A stretch of 64,000 bases of DNA from Oscillospiraceae bacterium (lineage in GTDB: Bacteria; Bacillota; Clostridia; Oscillospirales; Oscillospiraceae), in NCBI GenBank assembly GCA_020025675.1, contig JAHHRS010000001.1, forward strand, positions 4,812 through 68,811, in the 5' to 3' direction. Position 1 is the stretch's first letter, and the number at the start of each line of letters is the position of its first letter. The position numbers were made by a program, and so were the translations under genes. Of the stretch, positions 37,489 through 47,301 are shown piece by piece. The notes below the pieces were generated by a model that searched no databases, was not told the origin of the DNA, and saw only the letters and a program-made list of their open reading frames with translations.

Positions 37489-38664
37489 ATGAACGATATA
37501 ATTCTTGTTAAATTAGGTGAGATAATACTCAAAGGTCTTAACCGCCGTTCATTTGAGCAGAGACTCATGGACAATATGCGTAAGGCTATCCAGAAGCACG
37601 GCAACTTCAAAGTGTATTGCCTCCAGTCCACCGTTTATGTTGAGGCAGCTGACGATAAGGCCGATATGGACGGAGCTTTCGAAGCTCTGCAAAAGGTGTT
37701 CGGCATTATAAAACTTACCCGTGCCGCAGGCTGCGCCAAGGATAAGGACGAGATAGCAAAGCTTGCGGTGGAATATCTCAAAGAGGATATGGAAAATGCA
37801 CGCAGCTTTAAGGTGGAATCCAAGCGCAGCGACAAGAGTTTCCCCATGACAAGCATTGAGCTGAGCCAGTATGTGGGCGGAATTTTGCAGGATGCCTACC
37901 CTGATACCGTTGTTGATGTGCATGAGCCTGAACTTGTGGTAAATATTGAGGTACGTGATCTGGCGGCATATGTGCATGCTGCTCCCGTTAAGGGTGCAGG
38001 CGGTATGCCTTTAGGCTCAAACGGTGTTGCCGTAACACTTCTTTCCGGCGGTATAGACAGCCCTGTTTCTACCTATATGATAGCAAAGCGCGGAGTCAGA
38101 CTTATTCCTGTCCACTTCTTCTCCTTCCCCTACACATCTGAGCTTGCCAAGGAGAAGGTTATAGAGCTGGGAAATCAGCTTACGGACTACTGCGGAAAAA
38201 TGACCCTTGAAATCGTACCTTTTACCCATATTCAGGAAGAAATTCGGGATAAATGCCCTGAAGAATACTTCACCCTTATTATGCGCCGCTTTATGATGAG
38301 AATAGCTCAGCGCATAGCAAGGAGCAACGGCGCAAAGGCGATAGTAACAGGGGAAAACTTAGGTCAGGTTGCAAGCCAGACAATGGAGGCTATGGCTTCC
38401 ACTCAGGCAGTAATGGATATGCCGTGTATACAGCCTCTTATTGGATTTGATAAGGAAGAGATAGTCACTATCGCAAGAAAAATAGGCACATTTGAGACCT
38501 CAATTCTGCCGTATGAGGACTGCTGCACAGTCTTTACTCCCCGACATCCCCGTACAAGACCTAAAGTTTCCGAGGTTGAGCAGGCAGAGAGCACACTTGA
38601 CATCGAGATGCTTGTTAATGAGGCACTTGAGGGAATAGAAAGGGTAGAGCTTAAAAATGAATAA
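37489..38664 (+). CDS. thiI: tRNA 4-thiouridine synthase ThiI
   Basis: THUMP domain followed by the PP-loop LLSGGIDSPV. 391 aa, with no rhodanese domain. Confidence 0.92.
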   Translation: MNDIILVKLGEIILKGLNRRSFEQRLMDNMRKAIQKHGNFKVYCLQSTVYVEAADDKADMDGAFEALQKVFGIIKLTRAAGCAKDKDEIAKLAVEYLKEDMENARSFKVESKRSDKSFPMTSIELSQYVGGILQDAYPDTVVDVHEPELVVNIEVRDLAAYVHAAPVKGAGGMPLGSNGVAVTLLSGGIDSPVSTYMIAKRGVRLIPVHFFSFPYTSELAKEKVIELGNQLTDYCGKMTLEIVPFTHIQEEIRDKCPEEYFTLIMRRFMMRIAQRIARSNGAKAIVTGENLGQVASQTMEAMASTQAVMDMPCIQPLIGFDKEEIVTIARKIGTFETSILPYEDCCTVFTPRHPRTRPKVSEVEQAESTLDIEMLVNEALEGIERVELKNE

Positions 38665-39910
38665 GGTCTATAATACTGAAATAATATGTGTAGGCACTGA
38701 GCTGCTTTTAGGTCATGTAACCAATACCAACTCAAGAGACATTTCCGAGATGCTCTCAAAGATAGGTATAAATGTAAAATATCATACCGTTGTTGGAGAT
38801 AACCCGGAAAAACTCAAAGACTGCGTTGAAATTGCAAAAAAGAGAGCAGATATTATAATTACCACCGGCGGCTTAGGTCCAACCTGTGATGACCTTACAA
38901 AGCAGGTGCTTACTTCCGCATTCGGTCTTAAACTTGTTGAAAACAAGGCGGAGATGGAAACTATATATGAGTATATAAAGGGCGGAAAAAAGGTAACACC
39001 AAACAACTACATTCAGGCTATGCTGCCTGAGGGCTGTACCGTTTTCCACAATGAGTGGGGAACCGCTCCCGGCTGCGCCTTTGAAGCCGAGGGCAAAATC
39101 GTCCTCATGTTTCCGGGCCCTCCCAAAGAGTGCGTACCCATGTTTAAAAAACTGGGACTGCCATACCTTAAAAAACTTTCAGAGGAGCAGATAGTGTCCC
39201 ACTCTCTCCGCCTGTTCGGAATAGGTGAAAGCGCTGTTGACTATATGTTCAGAGATGAGATGAACAAAATGGTAAACCCCACCATGGCACCCTATGCCAA
39301 AGAGTGCGACTGCCTGCTTCAGATAACTGCCAAGGCAAAGAGCGAGGAAGAGGCAGAAAAAATGATAGCGCCTGTTATGGAGGAGGCTAAAGCCAGACTT
39401 GGTGACTGGGTTTACGGAGTGGATATAGAGTGCATCGAAGAGCGGGTAATTGAGCTTCTGAAAGAGAAAAATCTGAGCTTTGCCGCCGCCGAGAGCTGCA
39501 CCGGCGGAGATGTAGCCGGTCGCTTTACTGACATTCCCGGTGCAAGCGCTGTATTTAAGGGCGGCGTTGTCAGCTATACAAATGAGGTAAAAGCCGGGGT
39601 TTTGGGCATAGACCCAACGCTCATTGAGGAAAAAGGCGCTGTCAGCTATGAAGTTGCAAAGGAAATGGCTGAGAGAGTCAGAGTTTTGTGCGGCGCTGAC
39701 ATCGGTGTTTCGGTTACAGGTCTTGCAGGTCCTGACGGAGACGGAGTGCATGAAGTAGGCACCGTGTTTGTGGGAATGGCCGCTGATAAAACCTATGTTA
39801 AGGAGCTGCATTTAGGCACCTACCGCACGAGAAGTTTTATCCGCCGTATGGCAGGAAACCATGTTTTTGATATGATGCGCCGTTACCTGACGGGACTCAA
39901 TGTAATATAA
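38657..39910 (+). CDS. cinA: CinA: MoCF-like domain plus nicotinamide-nucleotide amidase (PncC) domain
   Basis: EIICVGTELLLG start, GGLGPTCDD, and a C-terminal AESCTGG motif. It overlaps thiI by 8 nt. Confidence 0.92.
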   Translation: MNKVYNTEIICVGTELLLGHVTNTNSRDISEMLSKIGINVKYHTVVGDNPEKLKDCVEIAKKRADIIITTGGLGPTCDDLTKQVLTSAFGLKLVENKAEMETIYEYIKGGKKVTPNNYIQAMLPEGCTVFHNEWGTAPGCAFEAEGKIVLMFPGPPKECVPMFKKLGLPYLKKLSEEQIVSHSLRLFGIGESAVDYMFRDEMNKMVNPTMAPYAKECDCLLQITAKAKSEEEAEKMIAPVMEEAKARLGDWVYGVDIECIEERVIELLKEKNLSFAAAESCTGGDVAGRFTDIPGASAVFKGGVVSYTNEVKAGVLGIDPTLIEEKGAVSYEVAKEMAERVRVLCGADIGVSVTGLAGPDGDGVHEVGTVFVGMAADKTYVKELHLGTYRTRSFIRRMAGNHVFDMMRRYLTGLNVI

Positions 39911-39997
39911 ACACTGTAAAGCCGGAAAAAGCAATTATTATGTAATTGCAGAATTTAAACAGGATAATCCGGCAATTACTGTTAATGTTTCCGAAAT

Positions 39998-40041
39998 GGC
40001 TTGCTGTCTGTAAAATACAGGCGGCAAGCCGTTTATTTTTT
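39998..40041 (+). terminator. Intrinsic terminator after cinA
   Basis: GGCTTGC (39998-40004) / GCAAGCC (40024-40030) with an inner CTGT/ACAG stem, then GTTTATTTTTT. Confidence 0.75.
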
Positions 40042-40148
40042 AGAGATAAAAAATATTTGCTCATTATAACAAAAAAACACAATTAAAATGCTAATTTGAT
40101 ACAAGCTTTCCTTGTAAAACATACTTAAAACAGAACATTTGATGAATA

Positions 40149-40197
40149 TTGACAAAGTCTTACACGGGGGGTATATTGACTATATATAAACATATAG
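40149..40197 (+). promoter_or_regulatory. Promoter plus candidate operator of the GntR-ABC operon
   Basis: TTGACA (40149-40154), 17-nt spacer, TATATT (40172-40177). The inverted repeat CTATAT-N6-ATATAG (40180-40197) lies around the expected transcription start. Confidence 0.6.
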
Positions 40198-40221
40198 CAC
40201 GTTTAAGACGGAGGCGAGGAT

Positions 40222-40602
40222 TTGATAAATATAAATTACCGGGATTCCCGGTCGATATACGAACAAGTCAGGGATAATTTCCGGCAGCTTATTATTTCAG
40301 GCGTTTTACCGCCGGCAAGTAAAATACCGTCGGTAAAGGAGCTTGCTGCAAACCTTGCGATAAACCCCAACACCATACAGCGGGCTTATACGGAACTTGA
40401 AAATGAAGGCTACATATTTTCTGTACCGGGAAGGGGCAGCTTCGTATGTGAAGATGTGGAGATTATTGAAGCAAAAAGAACAGAGCTGCTTAAAAAATTT
40501 ATGGCGACTGCTGCAGAGCTTCAGACTTTTGGTTACAGCGTCGATAAGCTGGTGGAGATGTTGAAGGGGGAAAAAGAAAATGATAGAGCTGAGAGAGCTT
40601 AG
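40222..40602 (+). CDS. GntR family transcriptional regulator, YtrA subfamily (short effector domain)
   Basis: TTG start after GGAGG. The winged-helix region is IYEQVRDNFRQLIISGVLPPASKIPSVKELAANLAINPNTIQRAYTELENEGYI. Only 126 aa. Confidence 0.85.
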   Translation: MININYRDSRSIYEQVRDNFRQLIISGVLPPASKIPSVKELAANLAINPNTIQRAYTELENEGYIFSVPGRGSFVCEDVEIIEAKRTELLKKFMATAAELQTFGYSVDKLVEMLKGEKENDRAERA

Positions 40603-41473
40603 AAAAAGCTTTGACGGCTTTACGGTTTTGGACGGGCTGAACCTTAAAGCACCCAAAGGCACGGTTTACGGATTTGTAGGCCCCAACGGGGCGGGAAAAA
40701 CCACAGCCATTCGGCACATGGTTGGAATTTATCGCCAGGACAGCGGTGAAGTTTTGCTTGATGGCAAACCGCTGTATGAAAACCCGGAGCTTAAAAGCCG
40801 CATTTCATATATTCCCGACGATGTATATTATTTCCCTCAGGCCAGTATTGCAGACATGAAGGATTATTACAGGAAAATATATCCGAACTTTGACCCCAAG
40901 CGTTATAAGGAGCTGGGGGAAATTTTTAATTTGGACGATAAGCGGAGAATGAGGAAACTCTCCAAAGGCATGAAGAAGCAGGCGGCTTTCTGGATAGCCA
41001 TTTCCCTTAGACCTGATGTGGTTATTATGGACGAACCGGTAGACGGCCTTGACCCTGTAATGAGGCGTCAGGTGTGGAGTATTCTGCTTTCAGATGTTGC
41101 AGAGAGGGGAACTACGGTTCTTGTGTCCTCCCACAATCTCAGAGAGCTGGAGGATGTTTGCGACTATGTAGGTATAATGAACCACGGGAAAATGATAGTG
41201 GAGCGGGGGCTTTCAGAGTTACAGGACAGCCTTGTTAAAATACAGCTTGCATTGCCGGACGGAGAAAAATTACCGGCAGGACTGGAAATTGTTCATCATT
41301 CTGCAACCGGAAGATTACAACAGCTTATTCTGAGGGGCAATGCAGAGGAACTTACCCAGCGCCTTTCTGCCGCTCACCCGCTTTTTACGGACGTGTTACC
41401 TCTTACATTGGAGGAAATTTTTATTTATGAGCTTGGAGGCGCTGAAAGTGAAATCAAAGACGCCATTATTTAA
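40580..41473 (+). CDS. ABC transporter ATP-binding protein (ABC-2/YtrB-like)
   Basis: Walker A GPNGAGKTT, signature LSKGMKKQ, Walker B VIMDEPVDGLD. It overlaps the regulator gene by 23 nt. Confidence 0.9.
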   Translation: MIELRELRKSFDGFTVLDGLNLKAPKGTVYGFVGPNGAGKTTAIRHMVGIYRQDSGEVLLDGKPLYENPELKSRISYIPDDVYYFPQASIADMKDYYRKIYPNFDPKRYKELGEIFNLDDKRRMRKLSKGMKKQAAFWIAISLRPDVVIMDEPVDGLDPVMRRQVWSILLSDVAERGTTVLVSSHNLRELEDVCDYVGIMNHGKMIVERGLSELQDSLVKIQLALPDGEKLPAGLEIVHHSATGRLQQLILRGNAEELTQRLSAAHPLFTDVLPLTLEEIFIYELGGAESEIKDAII

Positions 41474-43259
41474 TATAAGTATTATCTTAAACCTTCTCCA
41501 ACGCTTTTGGCCGGTTTGGACTGCTTATTTTGTACTCATTGTATTTCAGCTGCCCGTGAATGTGTACAACCAGCTTGAGACTGCTAACTATTTAAACCAG
41601 TCAGCGGATTTTTTTGCTATAAGCAGCGGCTATGAAACAATGCAGCTCTCATTTATTTTCAGCATTGTATCCGTTATGTCAGTGTTTTCTCATCTTTATT
41701 CTGCCCGCAGCTGCGGTATGGTGTGCGCTCTGCCCATAAAGAGAGAAACCATGTTTTTAAGCTGTGCCTTTACGGGCATTATGCCTATGCTTCTATCAGA
41801 CATTGTGGTTTTTGCAGTAAGCGCTGTTATGGGGGTAGCCAATGTAAAATATCTGCTTTTGTGGCTTGGTATTACTGTTATGGGCAATATGGTTTTCTAT
41901 GGCATGGCACTTTTTTGCGCCTGCCTTACAGGCAGTATAGCCATACTGCCGCTGTTATACCTTGTCCTGAATTTTACCGGTTCAGTTGTTCAAAACTGTT
42001 CTAAATTTATCTTCAGCAGATTCGTTTACGGCATGAGAAGCCTTGGCGGAAATTTTCTCGGATACCTTACCCCTATACGGGTTCTTGGCAGACACCTTCT
42101 TGTAAATGAAGATGCTCAGGGCGTAATTAAGGTAGCAGGTATAGGCTATCTGGGTGTTTACTGCGCTGTGGGTATTGCACTTTCTTTGGCAGCTCTTCTT
42201 ATATATAAAAGGCGGAACATGGAGACTGCCGGGGATATTGTGGCGGTAAAATCATTAAAACCCATATTCAAATACTGCATGACATTCGGAACGGCACTGG
42301 TTCTGGCGGAACTTGTGTGCAGTATGCTGCCGCCATCTGTTTTCAGAGGTACAGGTGCTGCCGTAGTAATTATGCTCCTTATGCTCCTGGGAGCTGCCGT
42401 GGGATGGTATGGAGCCGAAATGCTGATGCAGAAATCCTTTTACGTTTTTAAATCAAAATTTAAAGGTCTTATTGTGTCATGTGCCGTAATTGCGGCTGTT
42501 GTAACGGGGGCGGAATTTAATCTGTTCGGGTTTGAAAACCGCATTCCGGAACCCGAAAACATAAAATCCGTAAATCTGGATTATTATAATATACAGGAGC
42601 CGGAAAACATAGAGAGGGTTTTGCAGCTGCATAAAAGCCTTATTCTCAGTAAAAAAGACAACGAACAATTAAAAAATCCAAATACTGTTATTGGAATTCA
42701 TTATTTTATGAATAATGGCAGGGAACTTGTAAGAGAATACAGCATAGGGGGACGTTCGGATCAGTTCGATATACCAGGCAGCAACATGAACCGCTATTAT
42801 GAAATTATAAACAGTCCCGAAGTTATTAAACTGCGTTATCTTCCCAAAACTCCGGTAACAGAGGATAATATAAGCTACTGTGAAATTTACGAGAATTCCC
42901 AGTATAGCTACAACCAGGGCAATGAACCGCCTCAAAGCCTCACCCTGACAGCAAGGCAGGCCCATCAGCTCTTTTATGACTGCATCCTCCCCGATATGGA
43001 AGAGGGACTTATCGGACGGGAGTATCCCGGTGACGAGGGAATCTATAACGAAAACTTGACAAACTTCAGAATTCAGATACAGCTACACAGAAAAATTGAA
43101 GATGAAAACGGAAATCCTGTGGATACATTTTGGGATGGATTTTTCTGTGCCTTAGACGCTTCAGCCAAACGCACTATTAAGTGGCTGAATGAAAATACGG
43201 AACTTAAAGTCAGAACCTTGAAGGGGCCGCCGGTGGACGAATTTGCGACAGGCAGTTAA
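41448..43259 (+). CDS. Large ABC-associated membrane protein (about 10 TM) with a C-terminal extracytoplasmic domain of about 220 aa
   Basis: I prefer the GTG at 41448 (GGAGG 8 nt upstream). The ATG at 41427 and the track start at 41340 are alternatives. The N-terminal 400 aa are hydrophobic and the C-terminal region is hydrophilic. I recognise no family. Confidence 0.65.
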   Translation: MKSKTPLFNISIILNLLQRFWPVWTAYFVLIVFQLPVNVYNQLETANYLNQSADFFAISSGYETMQLSFIFSIVSVMSVFSHLYSARSCGMVCALPIKRETMFLSCAFTGIMPMLLSDIVVFAVSAVMGVANVKYLLLWLGITVMGNMVFYGMALFCACLTGSIAILPLLYLVLNFTGSVVQNCSKFIFSRFVYGMRSLGGNFLGYLTPIRVLGRHLLVNEDAQGVIKVAGIGYLGVYCAVGIALSLAALLIYKRRNMETAGDIVAVKSLKPIFKYCMTFGTALVLAELVCSMLPPSVFRGTGAAVVIMLLMLLGAAVGWYGAEMLMQKSFYVFKSKFKGLIVSCAVIAAVVTGAEFNLFGFENRIPEPENIKSVNLDYYNIQEPENIERVLQLHKSLILSKKDNEQLKNPNTVIGIHYFMNNGRELVREYSIGGRSDQFDIPGSNMNRYYEIINSPEVIKLRYLPKTPVTEDNISYCEIYENSQYSYNQGNEPPQSLTLTARQAHQLFYDCILPDMEEGLIGREYPGDEGIYNENLTNFRIQIQLHRKIEDENGNPVDTFWDGFFCALDASAKRTIKWLNENTELKVRTLKGPPVDEFATGS

Positions 43260-43372
43260 CAAGATATGAAGTGATTGTTTAAAATTTCTTGTGAGTTTGT
43301 TCATTACAAGGTCATAAATTTAGATTATATTAAACCACGTAATCAAGATACCAGATGAAAGAGGTCAAAATA

Positions 43373-44830
43373 ATGAACGGGTCCGAAGAAAACATGAATA
43401 ATCAGCGGGAAGCAAATTCCACCGCAAATAATTCTACGGAAACTCATGAAAATACCGGATACTCCGGCGATACAGACAGAGTAAACGGTGAATACCATTA
43501 TAAAAATGGCTATACTCAGAAGATTTATTCTGATGCCCACTATGCTCCGGCAAACGAGAGTACAGTGCCTCCCAGATACTACACTCCGCCTCAAAAACCG
43601 CCTAAAGCTCCCAAGCCTCCACGGGTGAAGGGAAACGGCGGAATGACAGGTAAGCTTATCGCAATTTGTCTGGTATGTGCTTTAATCGGCGGCGGAATTG
43701 GTGCCGCAGTTACAAGCGGGGTTCTCAGCAATAATTTCAATGCTAAAATTGCAGATGTAAATCAGACTATTGATGAACTGAAAGAATTTAACGGAAACAG
43801 TGTCTCGGCACAGCCTGTTAACAGCGCTGATAAGCGTTCTCCTTCTCAGATATATGCTCAGGCCTGCCAACAGGTGGTAGGTATAAGCTCAGAGGTAACA
43901 TATATAAACTTCTTCGGGATGACAACGCCTCAGGCAGTTACAGGTTCGGGCTTTATAATTTCTGAAGACGGATATATCCTTACAAACTATCATGTTATTG
44001 AGCTTGCCTACAAGAGTAATCAGGAAGTTACCGTTATGGTTCATGACGGAACTAAATATTCCGCTTCAATAGTGGGCGTTGAAGAATGCAACGACATTGC
44101 GGTATTAAAGATTGATGCTCAGGGCTTGAAGCCTGCTCAGTTTGGCGACAGTGACGCACTTATGGTAGGGGACAGCATTTATGCTGTGGGCAACCCTCTG
44201 GGTGAACTGGAATTTTCCATGAGCACCGGCACTGTGAGCGCAAAAGACAGACTCATAACCACCGAGGACAAGGCAGAACCTATAAACATGTTCCAGATTG
44301 ATGCCGCCGTTAACCACGGCAACTCCGGCGGCCCCGCATACAACGATAAGGGGCAGGTAGTGGGAATTGTTACTGCAAAATCTCAGGGTTCCGATGTTGA
44401 AGGTCTTGGATTTGCAATACCCATAAATGATGTGGTATCAATTGTTGATGATCTTATAACCAAGGGCTATGTTACAGGCAAGGCATATATGGGTGTACAT
44501 CTTGACGAACGTTACAACTCAATGTTCAGCCAGTATTACAACATGCCTATCGGAGCCTATGTCCAATACGTTGAGCCCGATGGTGCTGCCGAAAAAGCCG
44601 GTATTCAGGCCGGAGATATTATAACAAAACTGGGTGACATGGAAATACAGAACCCCACAGACCTTAAAAAGGCTGTGCGCCAGTTCTCAGCCGGTGATAC
44701 TGCCGAAATAACTTTGTACAGAGCCGGTGAGAGCAAAACTCTCAGCATCACATTTGATGATCTGAAACCTTCTGAAAATATTGCCACCCCCGCCTCAAAG
44801 AAAATAACGATTTTCGGTGAGGCATATTAA
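43373..44830 (+). CDS. htrA: HtrA/DegP-family serine protease with PDZ domain
   Basis: I prefer the start at 43373 (GAGG RBS). Disordered N-terminus, one TM, a trypsin-like domain with the H/D/S triad including GNSGGP, and a C-terminal PDZ domain. Confidence 0.88.
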   Translation: MNGSEENMNNQREANSTANNSTETHENTGYSGDTDRVNGEYHYKNGYTQKIYSDAHYAPANESTVPPRYYTPPQKPPKAPKPPRVKGNGGMTGKLIAICLVCALIGGGIGAAVTSGVLSNNFNAKIADVNQTIDELKEFNGNSVSAQPVNSADKRSPSQIYAQACQQVVGISSEVTYINFFGMTTPQAVTGSGFIISEDGYILTNYHVIELAYKSNQEVTVMVHDGTKYSASIVGVEECNDIAVLKIDAQGLKPAQFGDSDALMVGDSIYAVGNPLGELEFSMSTGTVSAKDRLITTEDKAEPINMFQIDAAVNHGNSGGPAYNDKGQVVGIVTAKSQGSDVEGLGFAIPINDVVSIVDDLITKGYVTGKAYMGVHLDERYNSMFSQYYNMPIGAYVQYVEPDGAAEKAGIQAGDIITKLGDMEIQNPTDLKKAVRQFSAGDTAEITLYRAGESKTLSITFDDLKPSENIATPASKKITIFGEAY

Positions 44831-44880
44831 TAAGCTACTTTTCTACTCCTATAAATCCTCTCTTTTCTCCCAAAAAAACG

Positions 44881-44917
44881 AAGGACCGCGGAAATATTTC
44901 TGCGGTCCTTTGTTTTG
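44881..44917 (+). terminator. Intrinsic terminator after htrA
   Basis: AAGGACCGC / GCGGTCCTT stem, then TGTTTTG. Confidence 0.8.
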
Positions 44918-45049
44918 CCCGAAAATAAAGGTATAAATGCAAGTTTTCCACTTGATTTTTTTAGTATGGACAGGTAGAATACATAGAGTATGGGGTTAAA
45001 TCCCATAAAAAAATTAAAAATTTGCTTATTATTCTCAGGAGGAATAAAA

Positions 45050-45604
45050 ATGACTTACGAGATGGATGTTGCCGGCCTTAAAAGGGATCTGCCCCTGTGT
45101 AAAGTTTCAGATGATCTGTACATAGGCGCTTTTGTAATGTTCGGAGATGTGGAACTCACCGTTCACTGTGCCTCGGAGCTTTTAAAGCTTGCACCCGAAT
45201 ATGATTACCTTATTGCCCCCGAAGCCAAGGCAATTCCACTGCTGTACGAGATGGCACGTCAGAGCGGAGCAAATAAATATTTCCTCGCCAGAAAAGGCGC
45301 TAAGGCTTATATGAGCGGCACCTTTGAGGTTAATGTTAAGTCCATCACCACCATGAGCGTACAGAAGCTTGTTATTGACACTGCGGATGCAGAGCTTATC
45401 AAGGGCAAGCGTATGCTTATTATTGATGACGTTATTTCTACCGGTGAATCCCTCCACGCCATGGAAGAGCTGGTCACAGCGGCCGGCGGTATTGTTGCCG
45501 GTAAAATGGCGGTTCTTGCTGAGGGCGATGCACAGAAGAGACATGATATTATCTGCCTTGCGCCACTTCCCCTCTTTAATGCTGACGGAACAATAAAAGA
45601 ATAA
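45050..45604 (+). CDS. Type I phosphoribosyltransferase family protein (purine/adenine PRT-like)
   Basis: I prefer the start at 45050 (AGGAGG RBS) to the track start at 44990. PRPP-binding motif MLIIDDVISTGES. Confidence 0.75.
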   Translation: MTYEMDVAGLKRDLPLCKVSDDLYIGAFVMFGDVELTVHCASELLKLAPEYDYLIAPEAKAIPLLYEMARQSGANKYFLARKGAKAYMSGTFEVNVKSITTMSVQKLVIDTADAELIKGKRMLIIDDVISTGESLHAMEELVTAAGGIVAGKMAVLAEGDAQKRHDIICLAPLPLFNADGTIKE

Positions 45605-45626
45605 AAATTAAACAACTTATGTGAAA

Positions 45627-45660
45627 AAGCGCTGGGATATTTTAATCCCGGCGCTTATCT
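45627..45660. terminator. Bidirectional hairpin between PRT gene and tadA
   Basis: AAGCGCTGGGAT / ATCCCGGCGCTT stem. It overlaps the tadA stop codon. Confidence 0.6.
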
Positions 45661-46101
45661 TTTGCCTTTAAAGAAATCTTTCATTATTTCTGAACACTCA
45701 TCTTTTAGAAGCCCTGAGTAGACTGCCGGACGGTGTCCGTAAGACTCGTAAAAAAGGTCGATAACACTGCCGCAGGAGCCGGAATTTTCCTCCCGTGCTC
45801 CGAAAACCACCGTGGGTATACGGGAATTTATTATAGCCCCCGTACACATGGGGCATGGTTCTAAAGTGACATAAAGAGTACAGCCTGTAAGACGCCAGTC
45901 ACGGAGATAGCTTGACGCCTGCCTTATCGCTTCGATTTCTGCGTGGGCGGTTGCGTCGGAACATTCCTCGCGGCGGTTTCTGCCGCGGCCTATAATCTTG
46001 CCGTCCTTATCGGCTATAACGCAGCCCACAGGCACATCGCCCTTTTCTCCCGCCTCTTTTGCAAGTTTAAGGGCTTCACGCATATAATCTTCTCTTTCCA
46101 A
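45655..46101 (-). CDS. tadA: tRNA-specific adenosine deaminase
   Basis: CDA zinc motifs HAEIEAI and PCPMCTGA. 148 aa, TTG start. Confidence 0.92.
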   Translation of the reverse strand: MEREDYMREALKLAKEAGEKGDVPVGCVIADKDGKIIGRGRNRREECSDATAHAEIEAIRQASSYLRDWRLTGCTLYVTLEPCPMCTGAIINSRIPTVVFGAREENSGSCGSVIDLFYESYGHRPAVYSGLLKDECSEIMKDFFKGKR

Positions 46102-46115
46102 GCTGTCACATCCTT

Positions 46116-46150
46116 ATAAAAAAGCGGCTCCGAGCTATGTGGGAGCCGCT
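46116..46150 (-). terminator. Intrinsic terminator after pta (minus strand)
   Basis: AGCGGCTCC / GGAGCCGCT stem. The minus strand reads TTTTTAT after the stem. Confidence 0.7.
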
Positions 46151-46218
46151 ATAATTAAAGCAAAGCCTTTTTAGACTTAAACAATTTACAACCTATAAAA
46201 ATTTCCTGCAAAAATATA

Positions 46219-47217
46219 TTATGCAAGAGCTGCAGTGATTATTGCCATCTGGTAAACTTCCTCAGCATCGCAGCCGCGGGAGAGGTCGTTTATAGGAGCG
46301 TTCAGACCCTGAAGAATAGGACCGTAAGCGGCAAATCCGCCAAGACGCTGAGCAATTTTGTATCCGATGTTACCGGACTGAATTTCGGGGAAAATAAAGG
46401 TGTTTGCATAGCCTGCAACCTTGCTGCCGGGGAACTTGAGCTGACCCACAACAGGGGAGACAGCTGCGTCAAACTGCATTTCGCCGTCAACTGCAAGCTC
46501 AGGATCCATTTCCTTTGCAATCTCGGTTGCATTGCGGACAAGGTCAACATTTGCGCCCTTACCGGAACCCTTGGTGGAGTAGGAGAGCATTGCAACTTTG
46601 GGGTCTACGCCGAATACCTTTGCTGTCTTTGCAGTCTCAATAGCAACCTCAGCCAGCTGAGCTGCGGCGGAAAGGGTAACGTTTCCTTCCTTATCCAGCT
46701 TGTCCTCATAGGAGATGTTAATAGCACAGTCACCCATGACCTTCATTTCGTCTCCGCGAACCATAATAAAGCAGGAGGAAACAAGGTTTGCACCGGGCTT
46801 GGTCTTAATGAGCTGAAGAGCAGGACGAACTGTATCGGCAGTGGAGTAGGTTGCGCCGCCCAGAAGAGCGTCTGCATAGCCAAGCTTTACCAGCATGGTT
46901 CCAAAGTAGTTGCCCTTCTGGAGAGCAGCTTTGCAGTCCTCAGCGGACATTTTGCCCTTGCGGAGCTCTACCATCTTTTCTACCATCTCGTCCATAAGAT
47001 CGGAAGTGGCGGGATCTACAATGTCAAGACCCTCAATGTCAAAATTGCCTTTTGCGGCTTCTGCCTTTACAACGTCAACATTACCTACGAGAACGGGAGT
47101 GAGGAAGCCATCTTTTTTCAGTCTTGCGGCTGCTTCAAGTATACGTGCATCGTGACCCTCGGTGAAAACTATCTTGCGGGGGTTTGCCTTGAGTACGTCA
47201 ATAAGGTTTTCAAACAT
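46219..47217 (-). CDS. pta: Phosphate acetyltransferase
   Basis: Short-form Pta of 332 aa, with N-terminal IVFTEGHDARILEAA and the PTA_PTB domain throughout. Confidence 0.88.
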   Translation of the reverse strand: MFENLIDVLKANPRKIVFTEGHDARILEAAARLKKDGFLTPVLVGNVDVVKAEAAKGNFDIEGLDIVDPATSDLMDEMVEKMVELRKGKMSAEDCKAALQKGNYFGTMLVKLGYADALLGGATYSTADTVRPALQLIKTKPGANLVSSCFIMVRGDEMKVMGDCAINISYEDKLDKEGNVTLSAAAQLAEVAIETAKTAKVFGVDPKVAMLSYSTKGSGKGANVDLVRNATEIAKEMDPELAVDGEMQFDAAVSPVVGQLKFPGSKVAGYANTFIFPEIQSGNIGYKIAQRLGGFAAYGPILQGLNAPINDLSRGCDAEEVYQMAIITAALA

Positions 47218-47301
47218 TTAAAATACCTCCAAAAATTGGTTTTTATATGCTAACAGATATACTTTACCACCATAAAAGAAATTTTTCAAGAAGTTATCAC
47301 A

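Noticed and set aside
39897-40082. A 61-aa minus-strand ORF in the cinA/GntR intergenic region.
   Set aside because: It runs through the cinA terminator hairpin, is AT-rich and of low complexity, and has no RBS or promoter.
41340-41447. N-terminal extensions in the ORF track: 41340 for the ABC membrane protein, 50124 for the histidine kinase, 27969 for maf, 44990 for the PRT gene, 43355 for htrA, 54515 for gdpP.
   Set aside because: The extended portions overlap the preceding gene or lack an RBS. Internal starts have good Shine-Dalgarno sequences and give canonical family N-termini.
44918-45049. Possible purine/PRPP-type riboswitch ahead of the phosphoribosyltransferase gene.
   Set aside because: The leader after the candidate promoter is only about 70 nt. 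It has one small hairpin (TATGGGG/TCCCATA) and none of the conserved purine-riboswitch loop sequences.
45605-45654. Looked for SRP (scRNA) next to tadA, which is conserved synteny in Bacillus.
   Set aside because: Only about 50 nt are available downstream of tadA, and a bidirectional terminator hairpin occupies them. No SRP domain IV motif was seen anywhere in the window.
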